A DNA stretch of 63,885 nucleotides from an uncultured Phycisphaerales bacterium (GCA_965369385.1 CBDUQP010000003.1:1-63885); one strand, 5' to 3'. Shown: positions 18,961 to 29,723, numbered from the stretch's first letter. Numbers and translations are program-made. The notes: a model not told the origin generated them from the sequence alone.

Positions 18961-19007
18961 GGCGGCCGGGCGATGGGAGAGACCATTTGATGCCTGGCCG
19001 CCTTTTT
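18961..19007 (+). terminator. Putative Rho-independent terminator of the ECF operon
   Basis: GGCGGCCGGG ... CCTGGCCGCC forms a 10-bp stem (one G-U) followed by TTTTT. The loop is large (~22 nt). Confidence 0.45.
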
Positions 19008-19076
19008 CTGCGCTACATCAATTCCAAACCGCGCTATGCGTCGCGGAGTGAATCACCCGGTGTGCGATTCGCCACG

Positions 19077-19565
19077 TCAGGTGCGAATCTGGTTGGCCGG
19101 GCGATTAGAGTCTTTGTCAGTGAGAGTGTCGGCGTCAGCGTCACCGTCAGGCTCATCGTCTTCCTGCGATATTTCCTGAGTCTCGTCTAACTCTTCTTCC
19201 AGATCGGCTCCCAACGGGGCAGCCATCGGGTGCAGGAATGCCGTGTTGCGGGCGATGTCTCTGACGCAAGTGACGATGGCAGCCAGCCCGAAAATCGATA
19301 GGCCCCCAAGTACGCACCCGGCTGCGGCGAGCAGCCTGCTGGTGTCGGTCCTCACCGATGTGCTTATCAGAATGAACAGGCCCACGACTATCGTTATCCC
19401 GCCGGCGGTATAAAGCAGAACGCTCAAGGCGGCGGCCATGTCGTAACTCGGCGGAGGCACAATCACGTCGGCATCGCATCCGGGGCAGGGAATCTTTCGG
19501 CCGGTCTCGCGTTGCGGTGTGTCAAACTCGTTACCGCATTTCGGGCAGAAGAACTGCACTTTCAT
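19077..19565 (-). CDS. Zinc-ribbon membrane protein (hypothetical)
   Basis: Strong RBS GGGAGGTGA. 'CPKCGNEF...CPGCDADV' forms a CxxC...CxxC ribbon, followed by two TM helices and an acidic C-terminal tail. Confidence 0.6.
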   Translation of the reverse strand: MKVQFFCPKCGNEFDTPQRETGRKIPCPGCDADVIVPPPSYDMAAALSVLLYTAGGITIVVGLFILISTSVRTDTSRLLAAAGCVLGGLSIFGLAAIVTCVRDIARNTAFLHPMAAPLGADLEEELDETQEISQEDDEPDGDADADTLTDKDSNRPANQIRT

Positions 19566-19799
19566 GATTCACCTCCCTTGACAGGTTAATCCAATTGTAT
19601 CCTCACGCCGCCCAATACGCCATGGGCGTTGGCATCGTCCAATCGATACGCAATGGCAGACAGATCTGTAAGTATTGAGATTGCAGGGCATAAGGCCCAG
19701 TATTCACATTTGGCGCAAGGTCGTCTGCAAGCGAAAGCTGCCCATTGGAGCGGATTCGGGATCAGACCGGCCGCGTAAATCGACTTGACTATGTGAGCA

Positions 19800-19811
19800 T
19801 ATATGCATATA
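19800..19811. promoter_or_regulatory. Perfect 12-bp palindrome TATATGCATATA, candidate ArsR operator
   Basis: Read directly, ~50 nt upstream of the arsR-like start, within an AT-rich stretch (CATATATGCATATAGTGATATATGG). Confidence 0.4.
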
Positions 19812-19861
19812 GTGATATATGGCAACTTGCTCTTGGCAGGGATTGCCCGGGAGAAACTGAC

Positions 19862-20194
19862 ATGACTTGTGACAGAAAGAAGCTCTACGAGCTGCAGGCC
19901 GAGGTGTTCCAGGCGTTGGGGCATCCCACCCGCCTTGCCATTGTCGATTTGTTGAAAGATGGCGAAATGTGTGTTTGCGATATCGCCAGCGGCGTGTCGG
20001 CCGAGCGTTCGAACGTGTCGCGCCATCTCGGCATGATGGTGAATGCTGGAGTGCTGAGTTCCCGCAAGGATGGCCTGAATGTGATCTACAAGCTGGAGAC
20101 GCGTTGCGTGGTGGGGTTCCTGAGCTGTGTGACGGAAGTTGTCCGTGCCAGAATTCTTGCAGACATGGCGATATTGGAAAACGTTAGCGATTGA
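19862..20194 (+). CDS. ArsR/SmtB-family metalloregulatory transcriptional repressor
   Basis: 'LQAEVFQALGHPTRLAIVDLLKDGEMCVCDIASGVSAERSNVSRHLGMMVNAGVLSSRKDGLNVIY' is a winged HTH with the 'CVCD' metal/metalloid site. ATG at 19862 follows GGGAGA. Confidence 0.85.
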   Translation: MTCDRKKLYELQAEVFQALGHPTRLAIVDLLKDGEMCVCDIASGVSAERSNVSRHLGMMVNAGVLSSRKDGLNVIYKLETRCVVGFLSCVTEVVRARILADMAILENVSD

Positions 20195-20242
20195 ACCTGG
20201 CAGCAAGTTAGAAAATCGCTGCCTGCCAGAGGAGTGCGAAAA

Positions 20243-21781
20243 ATGGATTGGCGAAAAGAATGGAAGAAGCTGGCCGTGATGCTGGCTGGGTTTATTGTGC
20301 TGTTCTATCTTCCGCTTGGCAATGAACGGTTCAGCAACGCGATTCTGGAATCACTGCGCTTGGTGAAGTGGTACGCCAGAGAGCATGTTCTGCTATGCCT
20401 GGTACCGGCGTTCTTCATCGCAGGTGGGATATCGATCTTCGTCAGCCACGGTTCGGTCATGAAGTATCTTGGCGCGGGGGCTAACAAGATAGTCGCTTAT
20501 GGGGTGGCGGCTGTGTCTGGAACGATCCTGGCCGTATGTTCATGCACCGTGCTGCCGCTGTTTGCCGGTATCTACCGCATGGGTGCGGGGCTTGGGCCCG
20601 CGACGGCGTTTCTGTATTCCGGGCCGGCGATTAACGCGCTGGCGATAATCCTTACCGCGCGTGTGCTGGGTGTGGAACTGGGGATTGCCCGGGCCCTGGG
20701 CGCTATTGTGTTCAGCGTTGTTATAGGCGTGTCGATGCATCTCATATTCCGCAGGGAAGAGCTTGCCAAAGCCCAGGTGCAGGCCGCGATGCCAACTCCC
20801 GATGTAGTGCGTCCGCTGTGGCAGAACGGTATTTTCTTTGGTGCCATGGTTGGCATTCTGGTATTCGCTAACTGGGGCGCACCGCGAGAACATGTATACC
20901 TGCTTACCGATGGCAGCAGCATGATAGCCGTCGAGGTACCCCAGGTGACCGGCGATGCGGTGGCTGAATCTGCCACGGTCAAGCTCACCAGTGGTGATAA
21001 CATGGGTGACGAGATCAGCGTTGAAAGCTCGCGGATTGTGTCCAAGTCGCCGGCTGAAGGCGTGCTGACCAGTATCTGGAATTACAAGTGGCCTGTTGCC
21101 GGAGCATTTGCGATTATGCTGGCTGTCGCATTGGTATTGTGGTTTGGCGTTGTGTGGTGGAAGGTGCTTGCAGTTGCTGGCGTGACGGCGTTGGGCGTGT
21201 TTGCAGTGCCCGGTTCACCAAGTGTCGCGTTTGTGCTGGCGGTGGTGGGGCTGTCGGTGATTACGAGCACAGGAAAGGCCAAGGGGGAAAGCCGGGAGTG
21301 GTTTACATCGTCATGGGGCTTCGCCGTGCAGATATTGCCGTTGTTGCTTGGTGGCGTATTGCTTGCGGGGTTCTTGCTTGGTGGCCCGGGTGGTGCGGGG
21401 ATTATACCGGCTGAGTATGTGCAGATGCTGGTGGGTGCTGAGCCTGACACGTTTCTTGAGATGACAGGCCTGGCAGGCGGCCCAACCGATAGCATGGTGC
21501 GGGGTGTGTGGATGTTGTGGACGAACCTCTTCGCATCAGTGTTCGGTGCATTTATGTACTTTGCCACGCTCACTGAAGTTCCTATACTTCAGGGATTGAT
21601 GTCCGCAGGGATGGGCAAGGGGCCGGCGTTGGCGTTGCTGCTGGCGGGGCCTGCATTGTCTTTGCCTAACATGTTGGTGATTAGAAGCGTGTTGGGCACG
21701 AAGAAGACAGTTGTTTTTGTTTGTCTGGTGGTGGTGATGGCGACTGTGAGTGGTATGGTTTTTGGTTCCATCTTCGGGTAG
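20243..21781 (+). CDS. DUF318/ArsP-type permease with an inserted soluble loop
   Basis: Internally duplicated motif: 'SCTVLPLFAGIYRMGAGLGPATAFLYSGPAIN' and 'TEVPILQGLMSAGMGKGPALALLLAGPALS'. Many TM helices. A ~75-aa hydrophilic insert lies around nt 20880-21110. ATG at 20243 follows AGAGGAG. Confidence 0.8.
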   Translation: MDWRKEWKKLAVMLAGFIVLFYLPLGNERFSNAILESLRLVKWYAREHVLLCLVPAFFIAGGISIFVSHGSVMKYLGAGANKIVAYGVAAVSGTILAVCSCTVLPLFAGIYRMGAGLGPATAFLYSGPAINALAIILTARVLGVELGIARALGAIVFSVVIGVSMHLIFRREELAKAQVQAAMPTPDVVRPLWQNGIFFGAMVGILVFANWGAPREHVYLLTDGSSMIAVEVPQVTGDAVAESATVKLTSGDNMGDEISVESSRIVSKSPAEGVLTSIWNYKWPVAGAFAIMLAVALVLWFGVVWWKVLAVAGVTALGVFAVPGSPSVAFVLAVVGLSVITSTGKAKGESREWFTSSWGFAVQILPLLLGGVLLAGFLLGGPGGAGIIPAEYVQMLVGAEPDTFLEMTGLAGGPTDSMVRGVWMLWTNLFASVFGAFMYFATLTEVPILQGLMSAGMGKGPALALLLAGPALSLPNMLVIRSVLGTKKTVVFVCLVVVMATVSGMVFGSIFG

Positions 21782-21835
21782 ATCACCCGGGATGGCCGAT
21801 GCAATTGTCTGTATGACCATTGAGGAGTGATTGAC

Positions 21836-22069
21836 GTGACAAAGATAACGATATTCGGCGCGGGATGCGCCAAATGCAAAACTCTTGCCGAGAACGCCGA
21901 GGCCGCTGCGATTGCTGCGGGCATCGAATTTGAACTCGAAAAAGTGACGGACCTGAACGCGATGATATCTGCCGGCGTGATGATGACCCCGGCGCTTGCG
22001 ATTGATGGTGAAGTGAAGGTTACAGGCAAGGTGCTGAACGCCGACGAAATTCAGGCGATGCTGAAGTAA
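21836..22069 (+). CDS. Small thioredoxin-fold protein (glutaredoxin-like, MTH895/TM0996 type)
   Basis: ~77 aa. 'KITIFGAGCAKCKTL' carries a CxxC motif. 'PALAIDGEVKVTGKV'. GTG at 21836 is 8 nt after GAGGAG. This is a typical partner of DUF318 permeases. Confidence 0.8.
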   Translation: MTKITIFGAGCAKCKTLAENAEAAAIAAGIEFELEKVTDLNAMISAGVMMTPALAIDGEVKVTGKVLNADEIQAMLK

Positions 22070-22203
22070 GCCCTGACTATGGCAGGAATCATGCAATACA
22101 TGGAGATGTTTTGCAACATCAGGGACGCTTCAGCCGTCAAGAGTCGTAACCCCCCAATACCACTTCTGGAGACAGGCCGCGAGCGAGGGCACTGCCGGAG
22201 GGC

Positions 22204-22929
22204 TTACCATATCCACTTGTCTTTGTAAGCTTGGCTGTTGGCGAGTTTCTTCTGGTTCACGACATGTCCGTCAATGAACAGGAAATTGCCGCTTCCGTTG
22301 TGCGCTTCGGTGACGGCTGAGTAGAAGTATTTGTACGACGTGACCCATGGCAAGCCCGGATGGAGCACAGGGTATATGCATATATCCGCTCTGAGGCCGC
22401 CCGTGGACTGGTCAACTCCCCAGCCATCGCACAACATGACCGTCTCCCAGGGTGGGGTCTCTCGCGTACCCATGAAGCGGTATCGTCCCTCAAGGTAGCT
22501 GACTGCGTAGCCGAACTCTCTGCCGTGGAAACCGGCAGGGAGAGTGGGACACGAGACGGGGGATTCTGCGGGGCCGCCCTCAGTGTTCACGTAGTAGTGG
22601 GGCCTGTCCAGGTAGGATTCGTATCCCAACGCATACGGGGCTCGCTTCCACCAGCCCCAGCCGTAGGGTATGCCCGAGCCTGCCGGCCCGCCATTGCCAA
22701 TGCATCCCTTGCCGTAGTCATTAACGTAACATCTGAATGCTACGCCGATGTTTCTCAGCTTGGTAATGCACTGGGAAGATATCGCCAGATCCCTGGCCTT
22801 CTGGACCGCCGGCAGCAGGAGAGACGCCAATATTGCGATGATGGCGATTACTACGAGCAGTTCTATCAGCGTAAAACCGGTTCGACTTGCTGATGAATGT
22901 CCGCCAGGATGTGAACTTCGATATGTCAT
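22204..22929 (-). CDS. DUF1559 pseudopilin: prepilin-type N-terminal cleavage/methylation domain with an H-X9-DG tail
   Basis: '[29 protein letters not shown]' is a class III signal. C-terminal '[14 protein letters not shown]' gives H-X9-DG. RBS GGAGAT. Confidence 0.85.
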   Translation of the reverse strand: MTYRSSHPGGHSSASRTGFTLIELLVVIAIIAILASLLLPAVQKARDLAISSQCITKLRNIGVAFRCYVNDYGKGCIGNGGPAGSGIPYGWGWWKRAPYALGYESYLDRPHYYVNTEGGPAESPVSCPTLPAGFHGREFGYAVSYLEGRYRFMGTRETPPWETVMLCDGWGVDQSTGGLRADICIYPVLHPGLPWVTSYKYFYSAVTEAHNGSGNFLFIDGHVVNQKKLANSQAYKDKWIW

Positions 22930-23802
22930 TTCGATCTCCGCAGACGGTCTCCGATAGCTGGTGTTCGTCAGCCTTGCAGCTATGAAAACCGTCGATATTT
23001 CGCAAACCTGCTATCGCTGCAGCATGGCATAAGTGCCTGATAATCATCTCTCAACAACAAGAGAAATACCTAGGATTGCCTCATGCTAATCCGTTTTAGC
23101 ATAATGCGTGAGTCATGTCAAGCGTGTTGCCGTGCCTCATGTGCACAATCGATCATTCATTCTGTCGAAGTGTGTGTAGAGCACCATCGCCAGAGATGTT
23201 ACGCGTGGACGCCTGAAAGGCGTTTTCGCGGATTTGTACCGTCTCATCTAATGATATGCGTGCATCCCCAAGCAGCAAGACGATATCTCGCGTTCCGAAA
23301 CGATTTCCGACGAGTTTTCCACTTTGACATGGATCCTCGGGCCAGGAGAGGGGGGTGAAGGTGGGTGGATCGCAAATTGTCGTATCGGTATTGTCGGAGA
23401 TGCCCCGAGCCGATGAGTTTGATGCTGATGGGGCTTGGCTGTATGGTTGTGGTTAGGCGGCATATGAAATGACCCGCATATAAGTCCTGCAACAATAGGA
23501 CTATAGGGCAGGATGTGAATAATCGGAACAGATGCTCTGGGGAGAGTGCGGCTGACCAGCCTGTCGGTTGGCCCGAGATAAGAGGGTTCCCTGCCGGCGG
23601 TATAGCTGTGGAGCCCAAGTTGCTTGAGGGGCCTGTATCGGGCTCTGGTAATGCACTCCGTCGTCTGGTCAAAGTGCACAAGTAGGCTATAAGCTTGGGC
23701 GAGTTCCACCGTGGGCGATGCTGCCTTGCGGGTGGGGCTATGTTCCGGGGAACGCCCGCTATCGGTGCCAAGTTGTCAAGGCGGGGTAAGTATTAATAAA
23801 CA

Positions 23803-23836
23803 AAGCCGCCTGTAAGCGTTTGCTTGCAGGCGGCTT
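23803..23836 (-). terminator. Hairpin terminator downstream of tRNA-Lys (U-tracts on both strands)
   Basis: AAGCCGCCTGTAAGC / GCTTGCAGGCGGCTT forms a 15-bp stem (one G-U). On the - strand it is followed by TTTGTTTATT, and on the + strand by TTTTCT. Confidence 0.6.
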
Positions 23837-23841
23837 TTCTA

Positions 23842-23914
<73 letters not shown>

Positions 23915-24168
23915 GTGGATGGAATATTCTATCCCTTAACGGGTGAACGTCAAGCGCGTTTTGTGGGCAAAGCCGCAAATATCCCACCTGCACGCGAGAT
24001 ACTGCTGCGTTAAGACACTCGGCTGGAAGGCATTCGCCTCACGGTGCAGGCACGATATAGCGTTGAGTGGTTGGTGGCGGCCGGGGGATCGAAACGCGAA
24101 TTCCCCAAGAAAAACAGGCCCGCAAGCATTGGTTTCGCTCACGGGCCGGAGTTTTGCAAAATCGGATG

Positions 24169-24723
24169 CTATTCGCCGCTTCCCGCCTGGTCTTCAGTCG
24201 CATCGGCTTCGGGGGTTTCAGGGGCCTTTCCGGCTGGCAGGATGCCTTCGGGGACGTGGGTCTCGATAAAAGCCACCATTTCCTTGAAATTCTTAAGTCG
24301 CCACGAGTCAAGCAGAAGCGTGTTGTCGTCATCGAAGACAAGCTTCAGATACCCGTTGGATAGCCTGCTTGCGTCTAGTTTTGTGATCTTGCTCCAAGCG
24401 GTCTTAATCCTGCCGGCGTATCCGATGCCCTCTGAGTCGGCCTGGAGCATCTTCTTTGCCTTGAGCCATCCGCCGATTGCCAGCAGGGCACCTATCGGTA
24501 GGAACACATAGGGCCCCCAGTGGTTGAAGACATAGTTCGCCACATCATTTGCGTGCTTGAGCGACCATTCCTGCGGTTCTTTGATAGTTCCTGCATCGTT
24601 GAGGCACCAGACTCCCACTCCAAGAAGAGCGATAGCCGGTATTAACCATCTCTTGATCGGGGGTTCGAGCGCTGCGGGGCAACTGACGGATTCTGCGGCG
24701 TTGGCTGATGTTTGATCTGTCAT
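24169..24723 (-). CDS. Hypothetical membrane protein (2 TM helices plus a small soluble domain)
   Basis: ATG at 24723 follows GAAGGTGA. TM helices 'WLIPAIALLGVGVWCL' and 'YVFLPIGALLAIGGWL'. Acidic C-terminal tail. No family recognised. Confidence 0.5.
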   Translation of the reverse strand: MTDQTSANAAESVSCPAALEPPIKRWLIPAIALLGVGVWCLNDAGTIKEPQEWSLKHANDVANYVFNHWGPYVFLPIGALLAIGGWLKAKKMLQADSEGIGYAGRIKTAWSKITKLDASRLSNGYLKLVFDDDNTLLLDSWRLKNFKEMVAFIETHVPEGILPAGKAPETPEADATEDQAGSGE

Positions 24724-24854
24724 TATTCACCTTCGTGTTGAATTGTTTGTGCTGCCTATAATGATGCCTGTCATCGCGGTATTGTCGACAGCTTACGATT
24801 CTCTCCGGGGTTTGCCAAGCGGTTTCTGCCCCCGTCGGGTCAGCCAAAACATCA

Positions 24855-24883
24855 TTGACATCGGCTTGTGCTGCAAGTAGGCT
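24855..24883 (+). promoter_or_regulatory. Sigma-70-like promoter candidate for gap (TTGACA-17 nt-TAGGCT)
   Basis: TTGACA at 24855-24860 and TAGGCT at 24878-24883, about 100 nt upstream of the gap ATG. AAGGAG RBS at ~24969. Confidence 0.35.
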
Positions 24884-24925
24884 GTCGCTCTCTGTTTCGG
24901 CCAGATCGGGGCATTGCTCCGGTAG

Positions 24926-25999
<1,074 letters not shown>

Positions 26000-26127
26000 G
26001 GCGAGCCACTTGCGGCGAATGTCGCACAATGAAGAATACGCAGACGGGCTCGTCGCGCGCGGCGGGCCCGTTTGACTGTCTGGTTTGTACGCAGTTTGCA
26101 GTTACCCGTAGATAAGGAAACTATCCA

Positions 26128-27336
26128 ATGGCTACCAAGACAATCAATGATATCGATGTGCAGGGCAAGAAGGTCTTCATGCGTGTTGACTTCAACGTCC
26201 CGCTGGCCGATGGCGTGGTTACGAATGACCGGCGTATCGCACTGGCATTGCCTTCGATCAAGATGGTCATCGAAGCTGGCGGCAAGCTGGTTCTTGCCAG
26301 CCATCTCGGACGTCCCAAGGGCGAAGCAAAGCCTGAGTTCTCCCTGAAGCCCGCTGCCGACAGGCTCGCAGAGCTTCTCGGCCAGGAAGTTAAGCTCGGC
26401 CCCGCAGACGTCGCAGGCGCGGAAGCAAAGGCAATGGCCGACGCACTTAAGCCGGGTGAAGTTCTGCTGCTTGAGAACGTTCGCTACGATGCACGCGAAG
26501 ACAGCAAAGATGAAGCTGCTGTCATGGAATACGCCAAAGACCTGGCCGCGATGGGCGAAGTCTACGTTAATGATGCCTTTGGTACCTGCCACCGCAAGCA
26601 CGCAAGCATGTGGGGCGTTCCGCAGGTCATTAATGGAAAGGGCGGCGCGGCTGTGGCTGGGTGCCTGGTGGAGAAGGAAATCAGGTATCTCAGCGAAGCG
26701 GTCGCCGAGCCTGCTCGCCCGTTCGTAGCCATTTTGGGCGGGGCGAAGGTTTCCGACAAGATCAAGCTCATCTCCTCGCTGCTGGGCAAGGTCGACAAAA
26801 TCCTCATCGGCGGAGCAATGGCCTACACGCTGCTCAAGAGCAAGGGTGTGAGCGTTGGCACTTCACTGGTGGAAGAAGAGCAGGTGGAGAACATGAAGTC
26901 GCTGCTGGCTGATGCCGGCGACAAGATCATGCTGCCTTGCGATCATACTGTTACAGATGATTTCGCCGCGGGCAAACCCCAGGCGATTGCGGATGTCAAT
27001 ATTCCCGATGGTCTGATGGGTATGGATATCGGTTCTGCCAGTATCGAAGCGTTCTGCGCTGAGGTGATGGCAGCCAAGACGGTTGTCTGGAACGGACCGA
27101 TGGGAGTTTTTGAGCGTGATGAATATGCTGCGGGCACCAAGGCGGTGGCTGAGGCAGTCGCCAACGCTACCGATGGCGGCGGGGTCAGTGTGATTGGCGG
27201 TGGAGATTCGGCGGCGGCTGTCGAGCAGATGGGTCTGGATGATCGCATGACGCATGTTTCCACAGGTGGTGGTGCCAGCTTGACTTACCTCGAAGGCAAG
27301 CCCATGCCCCCAATCGAAGTTCTTGACCGCGACTAG
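26128..27336 (+). CDS. pgk: Phosphoglycerate kinase
   Basis: 'KKVFMRVDFNVPL', 'ASHLGRPKG', 'LENVRYD', 'AILGGAKVSDKI' and 'VSTGGGASLTYLEG'. Confidence 0.95.
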   Translation: MATKTINDIDVQGKKVFMRVDFNVPLADGVVTNDRRIALALPSIKMVIEAGGKLVLASHLGRPKGEAKPEFSLKPAADRLAELLGQEVKLGPADVAGAEAKAMADALKPGEVLLLENVRYDAREDSKDEAAVMEYAKDLAAMGEVYVNDAFGTCHRKHASMWGVPQVINGKGGAAVAGCLVEKEIRYLSEAVAEPARPFVAILGGAKVSDKIKLISSLLGKVDKILIGGAMAYTLLKSKGVSVGTSLVEEEQVENMKSLLADAGDKIMLPCDHTVTDDFAAGKPQAIADVNIPDGLMGMDIGSASIEAFCAEVMAAKTVVWNGPMGVFERDEYAAGTKAVAEAVANATDGGGVSVIGGGDSAAAVEQMGLDDRMTHVSTGGGASLTYLEGKPMPPIEVLDRD

Positions 27337-27579
27337 CTTGCTAATGTTGCGCTGGGGTGCTTGGATGTTGCAAGATTCTGGCTTGTAAGCTATTGCAGGC
27401 AGGCGAGTATCTGACAATTGCCTGTTGCATGGCACCGGCGAAATATGGAAAATATATGGACCCCACTGAGCCCAGCGGCCGGCGCGTGAGCGGATCGGTC
27501 GGTGGGTTCTTGGCTAACTGAGAGTGATATGAGTGTAAGAGGAAGTAATCCCTGGCCGAAGCTTTGTCGAGGTGCCTTG

Positions 27580-28251
27580 ATGGCACCTTCGCTGCTCGCG
27601 TGTGATTTCACAGGCATGGGCAAGCAGATCGATCAGGTAATATCTGGCGGCGCGGATGTTCTTCATTTTGATGTGATGGACGGCCATCTTGTGACGAATC
27701 TTTCGATGGGTCCGCCCGTGATGGCATCGGTGCGTAATTACACCGATTGCCCGCTGGACGTGCATCTGATGCTGACGGATCCGGCATACTATATAGAGAG
27801 TTTTGCCGAGGCCGGCGCCGATAGTATTACGTTCCACATAGAAGCCACCGATGAGCCGGCCAGGCTGATTGCCCGTCTTCGGGAGCTGGGCCTGGGCGTT
27901 GGCATAACGATGAAGCCGGGAACTCCCGCAAGTTCGATTGCCGATGTAATTGGTGATGTGGACATGGTACTGGTGATGACGGTCGAGCCGGGTTATGGCG
28001 GGCAGGCTTTCATGGATGATATGTTGGACAAGGTTCGTGAAATACGCAGCCAGTTGCGGCCTGACCAGCGTTTGCAGGTGGATGGCGGGATCGGAGCAAA
28101 GACGATCAAGCGTTGCTGGGATGCGGGTGCGGATGTGTTCGTGGCGGGCAATAGCGTTTTCAGGGCCGACGACATTGCCCGGGCTATTGGCGATATTCGA
28201 GGCGAAATCGGCCCGGAAGGGTTGGCGGAAAAGAGCCCTTGCAGGTCGTAA
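27580..28251 (+). CDS. rpe: Ribulose-phosphate 3-epimerase
   Basis: 'APSLLACDF...LHFDVMDGHLVTNLSMG...DVHLM...VMTVEPGYGGQAF...QVDGGI'. ATG at 27580 follows GAGGTG. The ORF is open from 27502. Confidence 0.9.
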   Translation: MAPSLLACDFTGMGKQIDQVISGGADVLHFDVMDGHLVTNLSMGPPVMASVRNYTDCPLDVHLMLTDPAYYIESFAEAGADSITFHIEATDEPARLIARLRELGLGVGITMKPGTPASSIADVIGDVDMVLVMTVEPGYGGQAFMDDMLDKVREIRSQLRPDQRLQVDGGIGAKTIKRCWDAGADVFVAGNSVFRADDIARAIGDIRGEIGPEGLAEKSPCRS

Positions 28252-28270
28252 TGGTCGGAAGCGATTGCTT

Positions 28271-28840
28271 ATGATGAAGCTATATGTCATTCGGACTGGG
28301 CAGACTACCTGGGAAGCTGAAGACAGGTTTGAGTCTGTTGCCGGTGCCCCGCTTAGTGAAGAGGGCAAGAAGGCTATCGGTCTAGCCGGTGCGGAATTTG
28401 AAAGCCTGGACATAAAGGCCATCTACACGGGCGGAGGCGAGGCCGAATGCGAAACGGCGGATATTCTCGCCAAAGCGCTGAAGCTGAAGGTTCGAGCCGA
28501 GGAAGGGCTCCACGAAATAGACTACGGTCTATGGCAGGGCATTACCGGCGCAGAGCTGAAACGCCGGCATCCCAAGGTGCATCGCCAGTGGATCGATAGT
28601 CCTGCGGATGTTCGTCCATCCGGCGGCGAGACTCTGCTTGAGGCGCAGGAACGAGTGAAGGCAGTCTTGAAGCAGATATTGAAGAAGCACAAGTCTGGTG
28701 CGGTGTTATTTGTGATGCGCCCGGTGGTGCTTAGCCTTATGCAGTGCCTGATGACCAAGAGTGATGTCGGGTCTATTTGGGATAACTTGAACGAAGGATT
28801 CACATGGGGCAGTTACGAGATGGATGCCCAATCGTTGTGA
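28271..28840 (+). CDS. Histidine-phosphatase-superfamily (PGM/GpmB-like) homolog lacking both catalytic His residues
   Basis: 'MKLYVIRTGQTTWEAEDRF...PLSEEGKKAI...LHEIDYGLWQGITGAEL...PSGGETLLEAQERV...AVLFVMRPVVLSL' is co-linear with the RHG-phosphatase fold. It has RTG in place of RHG and MRP in place of SHG. Confidence 0.7.
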   Translation: MMKLYVIRTGQTTWEAEDRFESVAGAPLSEEGKKAIGLAGAEFESLDIKAIYTGGGEAECETADILAKALKLKVRAEEGLHEIDYGLWQGITGAELKRRHPKVHRQWIDSPADVRPSGGETLLEAQERVKAVLKQILKKHKSGAVLFVMRPVVLSLMQCLMTKSDVGSIWDNLNEGFTWGSYEMDAQSL

Positions 28841-28850
28841 GATAGAGGAT

Positions 28851-29723
28851 ATGATGACAGGCATAGACCCGCATCCGGCCAGCCCATATGATGGTTTGCG
28901 ATTTGAAGGCCCTGCTGTCAGGGAGAAACGCGATATCCCCGATGGTTTGTGGATGAGTTGCCCCAAGTGCGATGAGATGTTGTATCGCAAGGTTGTCGCC
29001 GACAATCAGGAAGTGTGCCCCAAGTGCGAGCACCACTTTCGCCTGAATGCCAACGGCAGGATTATCCAGCTTGCGGACTCCGACAGTTTCGAAGAGTTAT
29101 TCGGGAATATCGGACCGTCTGATCCGCTGAAGTTCGAGTGGGCCGGCAAGACGCTTGCGGATCGAATCGCCAAGGAGCAGGCCAAGACCGGTAATCTCGA
29201 AGGTGCCAAGACAGGCGTAGCCTACATCCGAGGCCGTCGCGTGGCGCTGGGAATAATGGATGGTGACTGGCTGATGGGCTCGCTTGGTTCTGTTGTGGGT
29301 GAGAAGCTTACACTGTTGATAGAACTCGCCACCGCCGAAAAGCTCCCGCTGGTTATCGTGAGCATGTCAGGCGGTGCCAGGATGCATGAAGGCGCTTGCA
29401 GCCTAATGCAGATGGCGAAAACGTCGGCTGCGCTGGCGAGATATGACGACAAGGATGGCCTGTATATTTCTGTGCTCAGCGACCCGACCATGGGCGGCAC
29501 GACCGCCAGTTTTGCGATGCTTGGCGATGTTATCATAGCCGAGCCCGAGGCGCTGATCGGATTTGCCGGACAGCGTGTTATTGCCAATACTATCAAGGCA
29601 GAATTGCCCGAGGGTTTCCAGCAGGCCGAGTTCCTTCTTGAGCACGGATTCATTGATATGATAGTCCATCGTCATGATCTTGGTAGTGAGATCGCAAGAC
29701 TGATTGACTACTGTGGCCAGTAG
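28851..29723 (+). CDS. accD: Acetyl-CoA carboxylase carboxyltransferase beta subunit
   Basis: Zn ribbon 'CPKCDEMLYRKVVADNQEVCPKCEHHFRL'. 'GGARMHEG', 'SLMQMAKT' and 'ISVLSDPTMGGTTASFA'. Alternative starts at 28824 and 28854. Confidence 0.9.
   Translation: MMTGIDPHPASPYDGLRFEGPAVREKRDIPDGLWMSCPKCDEMLYRKVVADNQEVCPKCEHHFRLNANGRIIQLADSDSFEELFGNIGPSDPLKFEWAGKTLADRIAKEQAKTGNLEGAKTGVAYIRGRRVALGIMDGDWLMGSLGSVVGEKLTLLIELATAEKLPLVIVSMSGGARMHEGACSLMQMAKTSAALARYDDKDGLYISVLSDPTMGGTTASFAMLGDVIIAEPEALIGFAGQRVIANTIKAELPEGFQQAEFLLEHGFIDMIVHRHDLGSEIARLIDYCGQ

Noticed and set aside
23340-23790. Possible RNase P RNA or other large ncRNA. Strings such as GCGGCTGACCAGCCTGTCGG, GGGGGGTGAAGGTGGG, and on the - strand CTTGGGCTCCACAG and CCCAAGCTTATAG recall bacterial RNase P motifs.
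   Set aside because: The universal GGAAAGUCCGG core is absent. The P4-like strings occur in the wrong order and on mixed strands, and the paired CTGACCAG/CTGGTCA segments are only ~120 nt apart. I also saw no tmRNA, SRP or 6S signatures. It is kept only as an 'unassigned region' finding.
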